In this document: positions 55,014 to 64,000 of the stretch, in pieces
How positions within the stretch are numbered: position 1 is the first letter of the stretch
How the letters are laid out: each line of letters begins with the position of its first letter
Assembly: GCA_963601185.1 (NCBI GenBank)
Contig: CAVCEE010000012.1
Span: forward strand, 8,436 to 72,435
DNA from: a bacterium
GTDB lineage: Bacteria > Bacteroidota > Bacteroidia > Bacteroidales > Muribaculaceae
Direction: 5' to 3'
Length of the DNA stretch: 64,000 nucleotides
Notes under the pieces: generated by a model
What the model saw: the letters and a program-made list of their open reading frames with translations, nothing else
What the model was told of the DNA's origin: nothing
Database searches by the model: none
Position numbers and translations under genes: made by a program

Positions 55014-56501
55014 ATGAAGAAGAGTACTATCTGGATACTGACTATAATAATGGCACTGACGTTTGTCGGATTGCTCTATATGCAGTTTGTATATATGGAA
55101 GAGATGGTAAAGATGCGCGAGCAGCATTTCTCTGAGGGTGTGAAGCGTAGCCTTTACTCTTTGTCGACTTCATTGGAAAAGAACGAAACGAAGAATTATC
55201 TTGAGGAGGAACTCCTGATTGTCGAGCCGGGAGCGTTCGATAGTAGTTCGTTTCTCAACGCCGGCAGCCCGATGGCAGCAAACAGTCTTGACAACAACAG
55301 TAACGACTTTTCGCTGTCGAATGGCCGCAGCGCCCTCGAGCAAGACCAGTTGCGCAAGTTTCAGGAAACGCTGCGCAAGCAATTCCTCTATCAGAAGGGT
55401 CTTCTCAACGAAGTTGTGCTCACGATACTTAGCCAGTCGAGCAACCGCCCCATTACGGAGCGTGCCGATTCAAGTCAGGTGAACAGTTATCTGCGTGCCG
55501 AACTCAACAACAACGGCATTCCTCTGAAATGGCAGTACGCTATCGTTGACCGCAACGGCAAGATTCTCTACAAGACTTATGGCTACGATGAGAATGTCGA
55601 CAAGGATGATTTGTTCACGCAGACCTTGTTTCCCAACGATCCCGAATCGCGTCGTTGCTATCTGAATGTCTATTTCCCGGAGCGCGACAAGTATATCTTC
55701 TCGTCAATCAAGTTTATGATTCCGTCGTTCGGCTTCACATTCGTGCTGCTTGTGGTGTTCCTCTGCACGATTGTCATTGCTTTCCGCCAGAAAAAACTGT
55801 CGGAGATGAAGAACGACTTCATCAACAATATGACCCACGAGTTCAAGACTCCGATATCGACCATCTCGCTTGCTGCGCAGATGCTCAACGACGATTCGGT
55901 GCGCAAGAGTGGCACGATGCTGCAGCACATATCAACCGTTATCAACGATGAGACAAAGCGGTTGCGCTTCCAAGTGGAGAAGGTGTTGCAGATGTCGATG
56001 TTTGACAGGCAGAAAGCCACGCTTAAGTTGCAGGAGGTGAACGCCAATCAGTTGATTCAAAATATCGTCAGCACGTTCAAGTTGAAGGTGGAGAAATACG
56101 GCGGTCGCATCGACGCGCGTCTTGACGCTGAGATTGCCGACGTGAAGGTGGATGAGATGCACTTCACCAACGTGATTTTCAACCTGCTGGACAATGCGGT
56201 GAAATATCGCCGCGACGACACTCCGTTAGAGTTGATGGTGAGCACGCGTTGCATCGCCAACAACAAGGTGGAAATCACCGTTGCCGACAACGGCGTGGGC
56301 ATCAAGAAAGAAGACCTTAAAAAGGTGTTCGAGAAATTCTATCGCGTATCGACTGGCAACCGCCACGATGTGAAGGGCTTCGGTCTCGGCTTGGCTTATG
56401 TGCACAAGATGGTCACCGAACTCAAAGGCGAAATCCGCGTCGAGAGCGAAATCAACAAAGGTTCGAAATTTATAATAACATTACCATTAATAAACGATTA
56501 G
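55014..56501 (+). CDS. sensor histidine kinase (RprX-like)
   Basis: About 495 aa from the ATG at 55014 (MKKSTIWILTIIMALTFVGLL). Two TM segments. H-box MTHEFKTPIS, N-box LLDNAVKY, G-boxes DNGVGI and GFGLGLAYV. Confidence 0.85.
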   Translation: MKKSTIWILTIIMALTFVGLLYMQFVYMEEMVKMREQHFSEGVKRSLYSLSTSLEKNETKNYLEEELLIVEPGAFDSSSFLNAGSPMAANSLDNNSNDFSLSNGRSALEQDQLRKFQETLRKQFLYQKGLLNEVVLTILSQSSNRPITERADSSQVNSYLRAELNNNGIPLKWQYAIVDRNGKILYKTYGYDENVDKDDLFTQTLFPNDPESRRCYLNVYFPERDKYIFSSIKFMIPSFGFTFVLLVVFLCTIVIAFRQKKLSEMKNDFINNMTHEFKTPISTISLAAQMLNDDSVRKSGTMLQHISTVINDETKRLRFQVEKVLQMSMFDRQKATLKLQEVNANQLIQNIVSTFKLKVEKYGGRIDARLDAEIADVKVDEMHFTNVIFNLLDNAVKYRRDDTPLELMVSTRCIANNKVEITVADNGVGIKKEDLKKVFEKFYRVSTGNRHDVKGFGLGLAYVHKMVTELKGEIRVESEINKGSKFIITLPLIND

Positions 56502-56505
56502 TATT

Positions 56506-57216
56506 ATGGAAGAAAGATTGCGTATATTATTGTGCGAGGACGACGAAAATCTCGGAATGCTGCTGAGAGAGTACCTGCAGGCTAAAGGCTACAATGCCGA
56601 CTTGTTTCCCGACGGAGAGGCTGGCTACAAGGCTTTCTTGAAGGGTAAGTATGATTTGTGTGTGTTCGACGTGATGATGCCTAAAAAGGACGGATTCACT
56701 TTGGCGCAAGAGGTGCGCACTGTCAACAGTGAGGTGCCTATCATCTTCCTTACGGCTAAATCGCTTAAGGAGGATATCCTTGAAGGTTTCAAAATCGGTG
56801 CCGACGACTATATCACCAAACCGTTCAGTATGGAGGAACTCGTGTTTAGAATTGAAGCGATTCTCCGCCGCGTGAAGGGCAAGAAGGGTAAGGAAATCAC
56901 GATGTACAAGATCGGCAAGTTTACCTTCGACACCCAGAAGCAGGTATTGATGATTGAAGACAAGATTACGAAGTTGACAACCAAGGAATCGGAACTCTTG
57001 AGTCTGCTTTGTGCCCATGTAAATGAAATCCTTGAGAGAAACTTCGCATTGAAGACCATCTGGATTGACGACAACTACTTCAACGCCCGCAGTATGGATG
57101 TGTATATCACGAAACTGCGCAAGCACTTGAAGGACGACCCTTCAATCGAGATTATCAACATCCACGGCAAGGGTTACAAACTCATTGCGCCGGATGTAGA
57201 GGCTAAGGCAAAATAA
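56506..57216 (+). CDS. OmpR-family response regulator (RprY-like)
   Basis: 236 aa. Receiver domain LLCEDDENL...DVMMPKKDG...LTAK and a winged-helix C-domain. Confidence 0.85.
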   Translation: MEERLRILLCEDDENLGMLLREYLQAKGYNADLFPDGEAGYKAFLKGKYDLCVFDVMMPKKDGFTLAQEVRTVNSEVPIIFLTAKSLKEDILEGFKIGADDYITKPFSMEELVFRIEAILRRVKGKKGKEITMYKIGKFTFDTQKQVLMIEDKITKLTTKESELLSLLCAHVNEILERNFALKTIWIDDNYFNARSMDVYITKLRKHLKDDPSIEIINIHGKGYKLIAPDVEAKAK

Positions 57217-57235
57217 AGAAGTTTATAGTGACTGC

Positions 57236-57277
57236 GTGCAAGGCGGTGCCGTTATTGGCGTCGCCTTGCACTTTTTA
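57236..57277 (+). terminator. intrinsic terminator after the response regulator gene
   Basis: gtgcaaggcg ... cgccttgcac forms a 10-bp stem, followed by ttttta. Confidence 0.65.
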
Positions 57278-57352
57278 TGCATTTATTGCTTATTATTCGT
57301 GATGATGTAGTAATTTTGTATAAAATAGGTGTACCTTAAAATAATAGAAAAT

Positions 57353-58081
57353 ATGAAAATATTGTTTGGCATATATCAATGGTGCATTGCTGCCCCGATT
57401 TTGTTGGTGTTGACAATCATAACCGCTTTGTTGACCATCTTGTTTAGTTTGCTGGGTATGAGCCGCCGCGGCGGATACTATCCCGCCCATTTCTGGTCGA
57501 AGATGTGGTGCATACTGCTGTTTGTCAAGGTTGAGGTGAAGGGTCGTGAGAATATCGACAAGAACACGTCCTATGTGTTTGTCGCAAACCACCAAGGTGC
57601 TTACGACATCTTCCTTGTTTATGGCTATCTCAACCACAATTTCAAGTGGATGATGAAGAAGAGCCTTGAGAAGATTCCGTTTGTGGGCGCGGCATGCCGC
57701 ATATCCAAACATATAATGGTTGACCGTTCGTCGGCTTCTGCCGTTCAGAAAACAATGGAAAGTGCCAAGCGGATTCTGAAAGAGGGTATGTCGCTTGTGG
57801 TATTCCCTGAGGGCTTGCGCACACACGACGGCAAACTCAATAAGTTCAAACGCGGCGCATTCTCGCTGGCGTCGGAGTTCGGACTCCCGATTGTGCCGCT
57901 CACCATCGAGGGGTCTTTCGATGTGATGCCCAGAAGCACTTTCAACATCACCCCTGGCAAGATTTCGTTGACAATCCACAAGCCGATTTATTTCGACAAC
58001 AAGAATACGGATTTGAATGTCTTGACAGAAGACTTGCGCCAGAAGAGTTACGAGGTGATTAAAAACTCTTTGCCGGAGTAG
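57353..58081 (+). CDS. 1-acyl-sn-glycerol-3-phosphate acyltransferase family (PlsC-like)
   Basis: About 242 aa from the ATG at 57353. N-terminal TM segment. HX4D motif NHQGAYD, plus FPEGLRTHDG and GLPIVPLTIEGS. Confidence 0.8.
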   Translation: MKILFGIYQWCIAAPILLVLTIITALLTILFSLLGMSRRGGYYPAHFWSKMWCILLFVKVEVKGRENIDKNTSYVFVANHQGAYDIFLVYGYLNHNFKWMMKKSLEKIPFVGAACRISKHIMVDRSSASAVQKTMESAKRILKEGMSLVVFPEGLRTHDGKLNKFKRGAFSLASEFGLPIVPLTIEGSFDVMPRSTFNITPGKISLTIHKPIYFDNKNTDLNVLTEDLRQKSYEVIKNSLPE

Positions 58082-58087
58082 TTGGAT

Positions 58088-59320
58088 ATGCAGTCGGTCA
58101 AGCGGATTTTGCTGTTCTTGCTTTTGTCGGTCTTGAGTGTCGGCAAACCATTCGCTCAGGATGTATCTCCGGATTTCCACACCGAGGATGAGACGGCAAT
58201 CAATGTCGCAGACTCCATCGCCGAGCAGGAGCAGGCGTTGGCGGTTGACTCTGTGCAGAAGCGCGTCAACATTATCCAGAAAATCAGCAACTATTTTAAG
58301 AATTCAAACCATTTCGACCCGTCGAAGAAAATCGACTTCGGTATCATCGGTGGCCCCTTCTACTCGTCGGCAACGGGTGTGGGCATCGGATTGATGGCTT
58401 CGGGTCTCTATCGCACGGACCGTAGCGATGAGTCACTGCCGTTGTCAAATATGTCGATTTTCGCCAATATCTCTACCACGGGAATGATGACGGTCGGTGC
58501 AAAAGGTACAAACATCTTTCCCCACGAACGCTACAAGTTGGACTATAACCTGTCGTTCTACACCTTCCCCTCTAAAATCTGGGGTCTCGGCTATGATGCC
58601 GCCAATAATGATGAAAACGAACAGAAATATTCGCGGATAAAGTTTGAGGCAAAACCTCGCTTCCTGTTCCGCGTGTTTGAAAACGGCTATGTGGGACCGG
58701 TGGTAAATTTCCAGTATGTGAAGATGACCAGTCTCAACGATGCGGTGATAAATCTTGTCGGTTCTGACGAGACCAATTTTATGTCGGTTGGCGCGGGACT
58801 ATCGCTGAACTATGATTCGCGAGATGTGGTTACCAATGCTTCGCGTGGGTGGCTGTTTCAACTCGACCAACTATTTATGCCTGCTTTTCTAGGCAATGAC
58901 CACAAATATATAATGACCGACCTCACAGTCTGCACCTACAAACGTGCGTGGAAGGGGGCGATAATTGCCGGCGAATTCCATTCGCAACTCAATTTTCAGG
59001 ATGTGCCGTGGCCTATGATGGCGTATGTGGGCGGTCCGTTCCGCATGCGTGGCTACTACGAGGGCCGCTACCGCGACAAGAGTATAGTTGAGATGCAACT
59101 GGAGTTGCGCCAGCACATCTGGCGTCGCAACGGTATTGCCGTGTGGGTGGCTGCCGCCAACGTGTTCCCGGAATTTGACCAAATGCGGTGGCGCAAAACT
59201 CTCCTCAACTGTGGCGTGGGCTATCGTTGGGCGTTTAAGGAAAATGTGAACGTGCGGTTTGACATAGGTATGACGAAAAACGGAATAGGATTTGCATTTA
59301 ATGTCAATGAAGCGTTCTGA
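58088..59320 (+). CDS. Omp85 (BamA/TamA) family outer-membrane beta-barrel protein, short form
   Basis: About 410 aa. Signal peptide ILLFLLLSVLSVGKPFAQ. Beta-barrel-like alternating pattern. C-terminal aromatic beta-signal ...FAFNVNEAF. Confidence 0.65.
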   Translation: MQSVKRILLFLLLSVLSVGKPFAQDVSPDFHTEDETAINVADSIAEQEQALAVDSVQKRVNIIQKISNYFKNSNHFDPSKKIDFGIIGGPFYSSATGVGIGLMASGLYRTDRSDESLPLSNMSIFANISTTGMMTVGAKGTNIFPHERYKLDYNLSFYTFPSKIWGLGYDAANNDENEQKYSRIKFEAKPRFLFRVFENGYVGPVVNFQYVKMTSLNDAVINLVGSDETNFMSVGAGLSLNYDSRDVVTNASRGWLFQLDQLFMPAFLGNDHKYIMTDLTVCTYKRAWKGAIIAGEFHSQLNFQDVPWPMMAYVGGPFRMRGYYEGRYRDKSIVEMQLELRQHIWRRNGIAVWVAAANVFPEFDQMRWRKTLLNCGVGYRWAFKENVNVRFDIGMTKNGIGFAFNVNEAF

Positions 59321-59356
59321 TTGGCGTGCTGAATTGTCAGATTGGCAATAAAAACG

Positions 59357-59364
59357 TATTTTTG
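59357..59364 (+). promoter_or_regulatory. -7 promoter box TATTTTTG (lptF/G-ribBA)
   Basis: TAnnTTTG match 20 nt upstream of the ATG at 59384. Confidence 0.45.
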
Positions 59365-59383
59365 CAGAAATTTTTATAAGCGG

Positions 59384-61318
59384 ATGCTACGATTGAAAAA
59401 ACTATACGGCTTCATGTTGCAGGGGTTCTTGCCCTTGTTTATGATGACGTTCTGTATATGTCTCTTTATCGTGTTGATGCAGTTCCTCTGGCGTTTTATC
59501 GACGATCTTGTGGGCAAGGGCCTGGAGATGTCGGTCGTGGCGGAACTCTTCTTCTATGCGGCTCTCACGATGGTGCCGATGGCGTTGCCGTTGTCCATTC
59601 TTCTGGCGTCGCTGATGCTGTTCGGCAATCTTGGCGAGCGCTTCGAACTCACGGCTATGAAGGCTTCTGGCGTGTCGCTACTCAAGTCGATGCGGCCTTT
59701 GATGGTGCTGATTTGCCTTGTGGCAGTCGGCGCATTTTTCTTCCAGAACGATGTGCTGCCGAAGGCACAGGTGAAGATGTGGACACTGGTTTTCTCGGTG
59801 CGTCAGAAATCGCCTGAACTGGACATCCCTGAAGGTGTGTTCTACGACCAAATCAGCGGCTATTCGGTGTTTGTCAAACAGAAGAACCGCGAGAACGGAC
59901 GGCTTTACGACTTGATGATCTATGATGTGTCGCAGGGCTTCAACAACTCAAGCATAATCCTTGCCGACTCCGGCAAACTGAGTTTTACGAAGGACAAGCG
60001 GCACTTGTTTCTGAAACTGTGGCAGGGCGAGCAGTTCGAAAATCTGCGCGACCAGCAGGTAGCGAGTGCAGGTGCTCCTTATCGGCGTGAGTCATTCTCA
60101 AGCAAGGATATTATGATACCGTTCGATGCAAGTTTCACGCGAATGGACGACAGCACGATGCGCAAGCAGTATGTGGGTAAGAACATTGCCGAACTGCGCC
60201 AGACCATCGACTCTGTGAAGATTCGTCTTGACAGCGTGGGCACTACCTTTGGACACAGTTTGCAGGATGTATCGTATGTGGGTGTCGACAATTTTATCCG
60301 TAAGCCCGACGGCAAGGGCGGCGTCATCAAGCAGCCTGCACCTCAGGTGCGCTTGTCGAAGCCGGTTGATGTGGATGCGGTGTTTGCCGGCAAATCGCTG
60401 GCTGACAAGCAGCGCTACATTGCCTACGCCATCGACCGTGCGCGGCAGATGAAGAACGAATACGAATTTAAGAGTTATACCCTCGCCGAGGACAAGAAGG
60501 TGATTACCCGTCACCAGATAGAAATGCACAAGAAGTTCACGCTTTCCATTGCGTGTCTGATTTTCTTCTTCATCGGTGCGCCTTTGGGTGCAATCATACG
60601 CAAGGGCGGTATCGGTGTGCCGATTGTCATATCGGTGCTGCTGTTTGTGGTCTACTATATCATCGACACCTTTGGCTACAAACTTGCGCGCGACGGTCGT
60701 GTCGCTGTGTGGGAGGGCATCTGGGCAAGCACGGTGGTGTTGTTCCCGTTGGGCGTGTTCCTGACCTACAAGGCGGTCAACGACTCTGCGGTGTTCAACC
60801 CTGACGCTTATCTCGCTTTCTTCCGACGTATTGTCGGCAAGCAGGAGTTGCGCAAGGTGGAAATGAAAGAGTTTGCAATCGAGGATGTAGTTGAGGCTGA
60901 TGCTCTGCAAAGGCTTGCGGAGGTGAAGGCGGAGGCGGAGACGTTCCTCGCCCACAACAGGCGTAGGCAACGCTATCTCACTTACTGGAACCGTGGCTTC
61001 AACAGCGAGAAGTTGACAGATTTGTCTGCCGTGCTTGAACGTCTAGTTGAATATCTGTCGAACTCTAAAAACTCTCTTGTGATTTTGAAACTGATGGACT
61101 ATCCAGTAATCAAGTTCAATAGCCTGGTTCAGCCATCGCTCCATAAGAAGATGTCCCGCGCGCTGATGATATGTGTGCCGGTGGGCATAGTGGTGTATTA
61201 CTTAGGAATAAAGCAGCAGAAGCGTTTGCGCCGCGATTTGCAGAAAGTGGTTACGGTGAGCGACGAGATGATGCACATTATAAATGAAAATTTAGTGAGA
61301 GATGAACAATACAATTAA
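59384..61318 (+). CDS. LptF/LptG (YjgP/YjgQ) family permease, long form
   Basis: About 644 aa from the ATG at 59384 ([15 protein letters not shown]...). The N-terminal region [31 protein letters not shown] is typical of LptF/G. There is an extra ~170-aa C-terminal extension. Confidence 0.75.
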   Translation: MLRLKKLYGFMLQGFLPLFMMTFCICLFIVLMQFLWRFIDDLVGKGLEMSVVAELFFYAALTMVPMALPLSILLASLMLFGNLGERFELTAMKASGVSLLKSMRPLMVLICLVAVGAFFFQNDVLPKAQVKMWTLVFSVRQKSPELDIPEGVFYDQISGYSVFVKQKNRENGRLYDLMIYDVSQGFNNSSIILADSGKLSFTKDKRHLFLKLWQGEQFENLRDQQVASAGAPYRRESFSSKDIMIPFDASFTRMDDSTMRKQYVGKNIAELRQTIDSVKIRLDSVGTTFGHSLQDVSYVGVDNFIRKPDGKGGVIKQPAPQVRLSKPVDVDAVFAGKSLADKQRYIAYAIDRARQMKNEYEFKSYTLAEDKKVITRHQIEMHKKFTLSIACLIFFFIGAPLGAIIRKGGIGVPIVISVLLFVVYYIIDTFGYKLARDGRVAVWEGIWASTVVLFPLGVFLTYKAVNDSAVFNPDAYLAFFRRIVGKQELRKVEMKEFAIEDVVEADALQRLAEVKAEAETFLAHNRRRQRYLTYWNRGFNSEKLTDLSAVLERLVEYLSNSKNSLVILKLMDYPVIKFNSLVQPSLHKKMSRALMICVPVGIVVYYLGIKQQKRLRRDLQKVVTVSDEMMHIINENLVRDEQYN

Positions 61319-62519
61319 ACTTGACAGCATCGAAGATGCCATCGCGGACTTCAAACAGGGCAAGTTCGTGATTGTCGTGGACGACGAAGACCGAGAGAAT
61401 GAAGGCGACCTTATCATCGCCGCTGAAATGATAACTCCCGAGAAGGTCAACTTTATGTTGAAGCATGCTCGTGGTGTGCTTTGTGCGCCGATTACTCTGT
61501 CGCGCTGCAAAGAACTGGATTTGGATGTGCAAGTGTCCGACAACACGTCAATGTTGGGCACGCCGTTTACCGTTACTGTCGACTTGCTTGAGGGCTGCAC
61601 CACTGGTGTTTCAGCCCATGACCGTGCGGCTACTATCCGTGCGCTTGCCGACCCTAACGCAAAGCCTGCCGATTTCGGTCGCCCGGGTCACATCAATCCT
61701 TTGTATGCACAGGACAAGGGCGTGCTTCGCCGCACCGGTCACACTGAGGCTGCGGTCGACTTGGCCCGCCTTGCAGGGCTTTATCCGGCTGGTGCCTTGA
61801 TGGAAATTATGAACGACGACGGCACTATGGCGCGTCTGCCTGAGTTGCGCAAAATGGCTGACGAGTTCGGATTGAAACTTATATCGATTAACGATCTTGT
61901 GGCTTATCGACTGAAGGAAGAGTCGATTGTAGAAAAGGGTGAGGAAGTGGATATGCCTACAAAGTATGGACATTTCCATCTCATTCCGTTCCTCCAGAAG
62001 TCAAACGGCTTGGAGCACATGGCTCTTGTGAAGGGCGAATGGAAGAAGGATGAGCCTATCCTCGTGCGTGTGCACTCTTCTTGCGCCACTGGCGACATCC
62101 TTGGCTCTTACCGTTGCGACTGTGGCGCTCAACTCCACAAGGCGATGGAGATGATAGAGAAGGAGGGTAAGGGTGCGATTGTCTACCTTAACCAAGAGGG
62201 ACGCGGCATTGGCTTGATGAACAAGATGCGTGCCTACAAACTCCAGGAGAACGGTATGGACACTGTTGAGGCAAACCTCTGCTTGGGCTTCAAGGCTGAC
62301 GAGCGCGACTACGGCGTGGGAGCAAGCATCCTCCACGAACTTGGTGTGTCGAAGATGCGTCTACTCACCAACAATCCACAAAAGCGTATCGGCCTCACTG
62401 GCTACGGCCTCACCATCGAGGAGAACGTGCCACTGGAAATAGAGCCTAACGACTACAACCGCTTCTATCTCCACACGAAGAAAGATCGTATGGGTCACGA
62501 CTTGCACAAAGTAGATTAG
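61302..62519 (+). CDS. ribBA: bifunctional 3,4-dihydroxy-2-butanone-4-phosphate synthase / GTP cyclohydrolase II
   Basis: 405 aa. DHBP synthase motif [17 protein letters not shown] zinc motif [18 protein letters not shown]. It overlaps the upstream gene by 17 nt. Confidence 0.9.
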   Translation: MNNTIKLDSIEDAIADFKQGKFVIVVDDEDRENEGDLIIAAEMITPEKVNFMLKHARGVLCAPITLSRCKELDLDVQVSDNTSMLGTPFTVTVDLLEGCTTGVSAHDRAATIRALADPNAKPADFGRPGHINPLYAQDKGVLRRTGHTEAAVDLARLAGLYPAGALMEIMNDDGTMARLPELRKMADEFGLKLISINDLVAYRLKEESIVEKGEEVDMPTKYGHFHLIPFLQKSNGLEHMALVKGEWKKDEPILVRVHSSCATGDILGSYRCDCGAQLHKAMEMIEKEGKGAIVYLNQEGRGIGLMNKMRAYKLQENGMDTVEANLCLGFKADERDYGVGASILHELGVSKMRLLTNNPQKRIGLTGYGLTIEENVPLEIEPNDYNRFYLHTKKDRMGHDLHKVD

Positions 62520-62551
62520 GTCAATTGACAAAATTGACTACCAAACTATCC

Positions 62552-62587
62552 CGGCTGCGACGTACTTCACGCCGCAGCCGTTTTTTT
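62552..62587 (+). terminator. intrinsic terminator after ribBA
   Basis: cggctgcg ... cgcagccg stem, followed by a T7 run. Confidence 0.7.
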
Positions 62588-62626
62588 ATGCCAGTTTGCT
62601 ACATAATGCGAACTCGTTTCGGAGTG

Positions 62627-62634
62627 TAAATTTG
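62627..62634 (+). promoter_or_regulatory. -7 promoter box TAAATTTG (RHS gene)
   Basis: TAnnTTTG match 52 nt upstream of the ATG at 62686. Confidence 0.4.
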
Positions 62635-62685
62635 CAGAATACGGAATAAATCGTTAGTTTTGTTGTTGTTACAAATCTGACCGAC

Positions 62686-64000
62686 ATGAAGCACGCCGTT
62701 GCCATATTGTTTTGCCTGTCGACGGTAGCCTCTATGGCTACGGAAAACCGTGTGCGCTGTATTGAGCCTTACTCGCCGTCGCACAAAGAGCCTGCGCCAT
62801 ACTCCGACCTGTCGAGAGTTACGACCTCCTGTTTTGACGGGCTGGGCAGACTGATAGTGTCTGCCTGCGAGGGAGACGGCGGCGACTTTGAAAATGTATA
62901 TGCGTTGACAGTCTATGGGCGTGGCGGAGAGGTGGCGCAGATGTGGCAGCCTGTGGGCTTGCATAGCGGCAGTGCCTCTGCATCGGTGATTAAGAGTGCC
63001 GCACAGTCGTTTTATGGCTGCGGCAATCCGTTTACCGCTAAGACCTACGACCTGTCGGAAGATATGCGCACTTCGGTAACTGTCCGTCCTGGTTCTGAAG
63101 CGCAGGCACTTACGGAACACGACTTGTGTTACGACAATGAAATCCCGGTGTTTTTTGCAAACGGCAATGGCAAACTGGAGCGGAAAGGGCACTATGCAGA
63201 AGGAACGCTGCTACTGAAAGCATCGACCGACGAATCGCTGATTGCGCACTACACCTATACCGACTTTAGTGGACGCAAGGTGGCGGAGATGGTCGGTGAT
63301 GCGTGGACATATTGGGCATACGATGTGTGCGGACGTCTGCGTTTTGTCGTTTCCCCGAAGGGGGCAACGCTCCTCTCTGCCGACGGCGTATGCGATGACG
63401 GCATCGTGACAGCACTGTGCTCGGAGATGGCTTACGACGGTTATGGACGTGTGGTGATGAGCAGACCGCAGGGAGTAGCCCCTACATTCTATGTCTACGA
63501 CGGCCAAAGCCGACTCATATGCGAGCAGGACGGGCATCTGCGGCAAAACGGTCAATGGCGTTTCTATGCCTACGACAGCAAGTCGCGGCTTGCTGTGGCT
63601 GGCGTTTTCACCGGCGAGTGGACTCAGAAAGAACTTGCGCGGAAGTATGCCGGCGGCGAAATCACGGCGACATTCTCCCAGACGGTCGACAAGGACATCA
63701 GCCTGTGCTACCGGCTTGACAACGTACCGACTGACAACAGAATCATCACCGCGGCTTACTACTACGATACTTATGATTTCTGGACCGCCGACTGGGCATT
63801 GCCGGTCTCTGCCGACTATCCATTCACGTCAGCGTCATCGCGTATGGGGAAGGCTACGGGTTATGCCGTAATGGGCAGTTGCGGCTACCCGGTGTTTTCG
63901 GTGACGGTCTGCGACGAGCGAGACCGTGTGCGTGCCGCGTGCCGCCGACAATACACGGGGGAATTTGTTGAAAGTACATTTACCGACTACAACTACATCG
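62686..64000 (+). CDS. RHS/YD-repeat protein, N-terminal 438 codons (open at the right edge)
   Basis: I translated the frame manually: no stop from the ATG at 62686 to 64000. Signal peptide MKHAVAILFCLSTVASMA. YD-repeat units YTYTDFSGRKV, YWAYDVCGRLRFV, MAYDGYGRVV, FYVYDGQSRLI and FYAYDSKSRLA. Confidence 0.75.
   Translation, partial: MKHAVAILFCLSTVASMATENRVRCIEPYSPSHKEPAPYSDLSRVTTSCFDGLGRLIVSACEGDGGDFENVYALTVYGRGGEVAQMWQPVGLHSGSASASVIKSAAQSFYGCGNPFTAKTYDLSEDMRTSVTVRPGSEAQALTEHDLCYDNEIPVFFANGNGKLERKGHYAEGTLLLKASTDESLIAHYTYTDFSGRKVAEMVGDAWTYWAYDVCGRLRFVVSPKGATLLSADGVCDDGIVTALCSEMAYDGYGRVVMSRPQGVAPTFYVYDGQSRLICEQDGHLRQNGQWRFYAYDSKSRLAVAGVFTGEWTQKELARKYAGGEITATFSQTVDKDISLCYRLDNVPTDNRIITAAYYYDTYDFWTADWALPVSADYPFTSASSRMGKATGYAVMGSCGYPVFSVTVCDERDRVRAACRRQYTGEFVESTFTDYNYI

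Noticed and set aside
61250-61320. FMN riboswitch upstream of ribBA
   Set aside because: ribBA overlaps the preceding lptF/G-like gene by 17 nt, so there is no leader that could hold a riboswitch.
62599-63555. Minus-strand ORFs of 197 and 114 aa
   Set aside because: They are antisense to the open-ended RHS/YD-repeat frame, which has recognisable repeats and a signal peptide.

Overview
This is a chromosomal, mostly housekeeping region of a Bacteroidales-type genome. The taxon guess rests on many TAnnTTTG -7 promoter boxes and on Bacteroidota-typical families recognised from memory (DUF4270, DUF4295, DUF4491, long TamB, RprXY-like two-component pair). I can support about 55 protein-coding genes: glyQS, parC, mfd, purB, rluB, asnS, mscL, panCD, ffh, amt, pheS, nth, tilS, lepA, rpmB/rpmG, tamB, lptF/G, ribBA and others. 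There are four tRNA genes: Val-TAC, Pro-CGG, Gln-CTG and Thr-CGT. Many stem-loop terminators are visible. I see no rRNA, CRISPR array, transposase, integrase, prophage block or recognisable multi-gene defence system, and I do not find a convincing novel multi-gene system. The leads worth a second look are: (1) a Sup35-like GGY/Q/N oligopeptide-repeat domain on the N-terminus of an RluB-type pseudouridine synthase; (2) a GC-rich, hairpin-dense, repeat-containing non-coding element between a CapD-like polysaccharide gene and tRNA-Gln; (3) a 430-nt gap after lepA with eight same-strand TGTGG pentamers (DnaA-box-like cores), AT-rich stretches, and a promoter / mini-ORF / terminator module ahead of an orphan sigma factor; (4) an RHS/YD-repeat gene that opens at 62686 and runs off the window, so it is missing from the ORF track; it probably marks the start of an accessory toxin locus. 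Many long ORFs in the track are codon-aligned antisense shadows of real genes and are rejected. Family calls come from reading motifs in the translations, not from database searches.
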